From assembly GCA_977020255.1 (NCBI GenBank), contig CDROCS010001044.1, positions 806,001 to 870,000 of the forward strand: a DNA stretch of 64,000 bases, read 5' to 3'. The DNA is from Obrimoposthia wandeli (lineage: Eukaryota). Positions 63,653 through 64,000 of this stretch are shown here, in pieces. The position numbers were made by a program, and so were the translations under genes. The notes beneath the pieces are model-generated. The model saw nothing but the letters and a program-made list of their open reading frames with translations. It had not been told where the DNA came from and searched no databases. Within the stretch, counting starts at the first letter, position 1. Each line of letters opens with the position of its first letter.

Positions 63653-64000
63653 TCAGCCTTGTGTTTCTCTACATCGTCGTATTCTCGGACATACTTGACT
63701 ACATTTTACGCACATTATCGTTAGTAAAATTACTGTAATAGACACTGCTGATATTGTAATTAAAGCTTTTACTCGCGTATTTTCAATGTATGTGATATGA
63801 TATTCGTGTTCTTTCTTGTTTTCAACTGTTCCATACGTTAGTTGTGATTGTTTGATTACTTGGAGTTTCTGTTCTTTGGGTACTCGTCCAAGTTTTATCA
63901 TTAAACGGGATTTGGTATCCAGTAGAATTGTTCCTTTTACTCTTTTCCTCTCAATGATTATAATTATGTTCATTTGAACAGGTTTTCTAGATTGGACAGG
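63653..64000 (-). CDS. C-terminal part of a putative single-pass membrane protein (frame open to the window edge)
   Basis: ORF 63653..63973 stays open upstream (PVQSRKPVQ). A hydrophobic stretch ALITISAVSITVILLTIMCV is followed by a Cys/Arg-rich tail. Confidence 0.5.
   Translation of the reverse strand, partial: PVQSRKPVQMNIIIIIERKRVKGTILLDTKSRLMIKLGRVPKEQKLQVIKQSQLTYGTVENKKEHEYHITYIENTRVKALITISAVSITVILLTIMCVKCSQVCPRIRRCRETQG

Noticed and set aside
63970-64000. AUGA stop-start overlap at the TM ORF start
   Set aside because: The TM frame itself is open to the window edge, so the ATG is probably internal; this cannot be judged without more sequence.

Overview
AT-rich animal (invertebrate) genomic DNA; the lineage cannot be fixed from the sequence alone. 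Almost the whole window is one + strand gene, a PDE9-family cyclic-nucleotide phosphodiesterase. Eleven phase-consistent coding exons run from 5981 to the stop at 58964, and the true first exon is uncertain. The introns hold transposon remains: a full-length DD37D (maT) element, a nearly intact Buster/SPIN-type hAT transposase, three mariner, one Tc1-like and two Tigger/pogo relics, two non-LTR RT fragments and MITEs. They also hold several minisatellites and a decayed 28S rRNA fragment. The standout is an intact, intronless 445-codon ORF (47389-48726) nested in the same sense inside a PDE intron. It consists of two copies of a ~160-aa domain I cannot name with certainty. It has its own CCAAT/TATA/Inr-like promoter and AATAAA, and is bracketed by ~126-bp direct repeats. 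The right window edge carries a minus-strand cluster of a transmembrane ORF and two decayed RING-finger copies that may be viral or retroelement accessory DNA. All alignments were done by eye; no database was searched.
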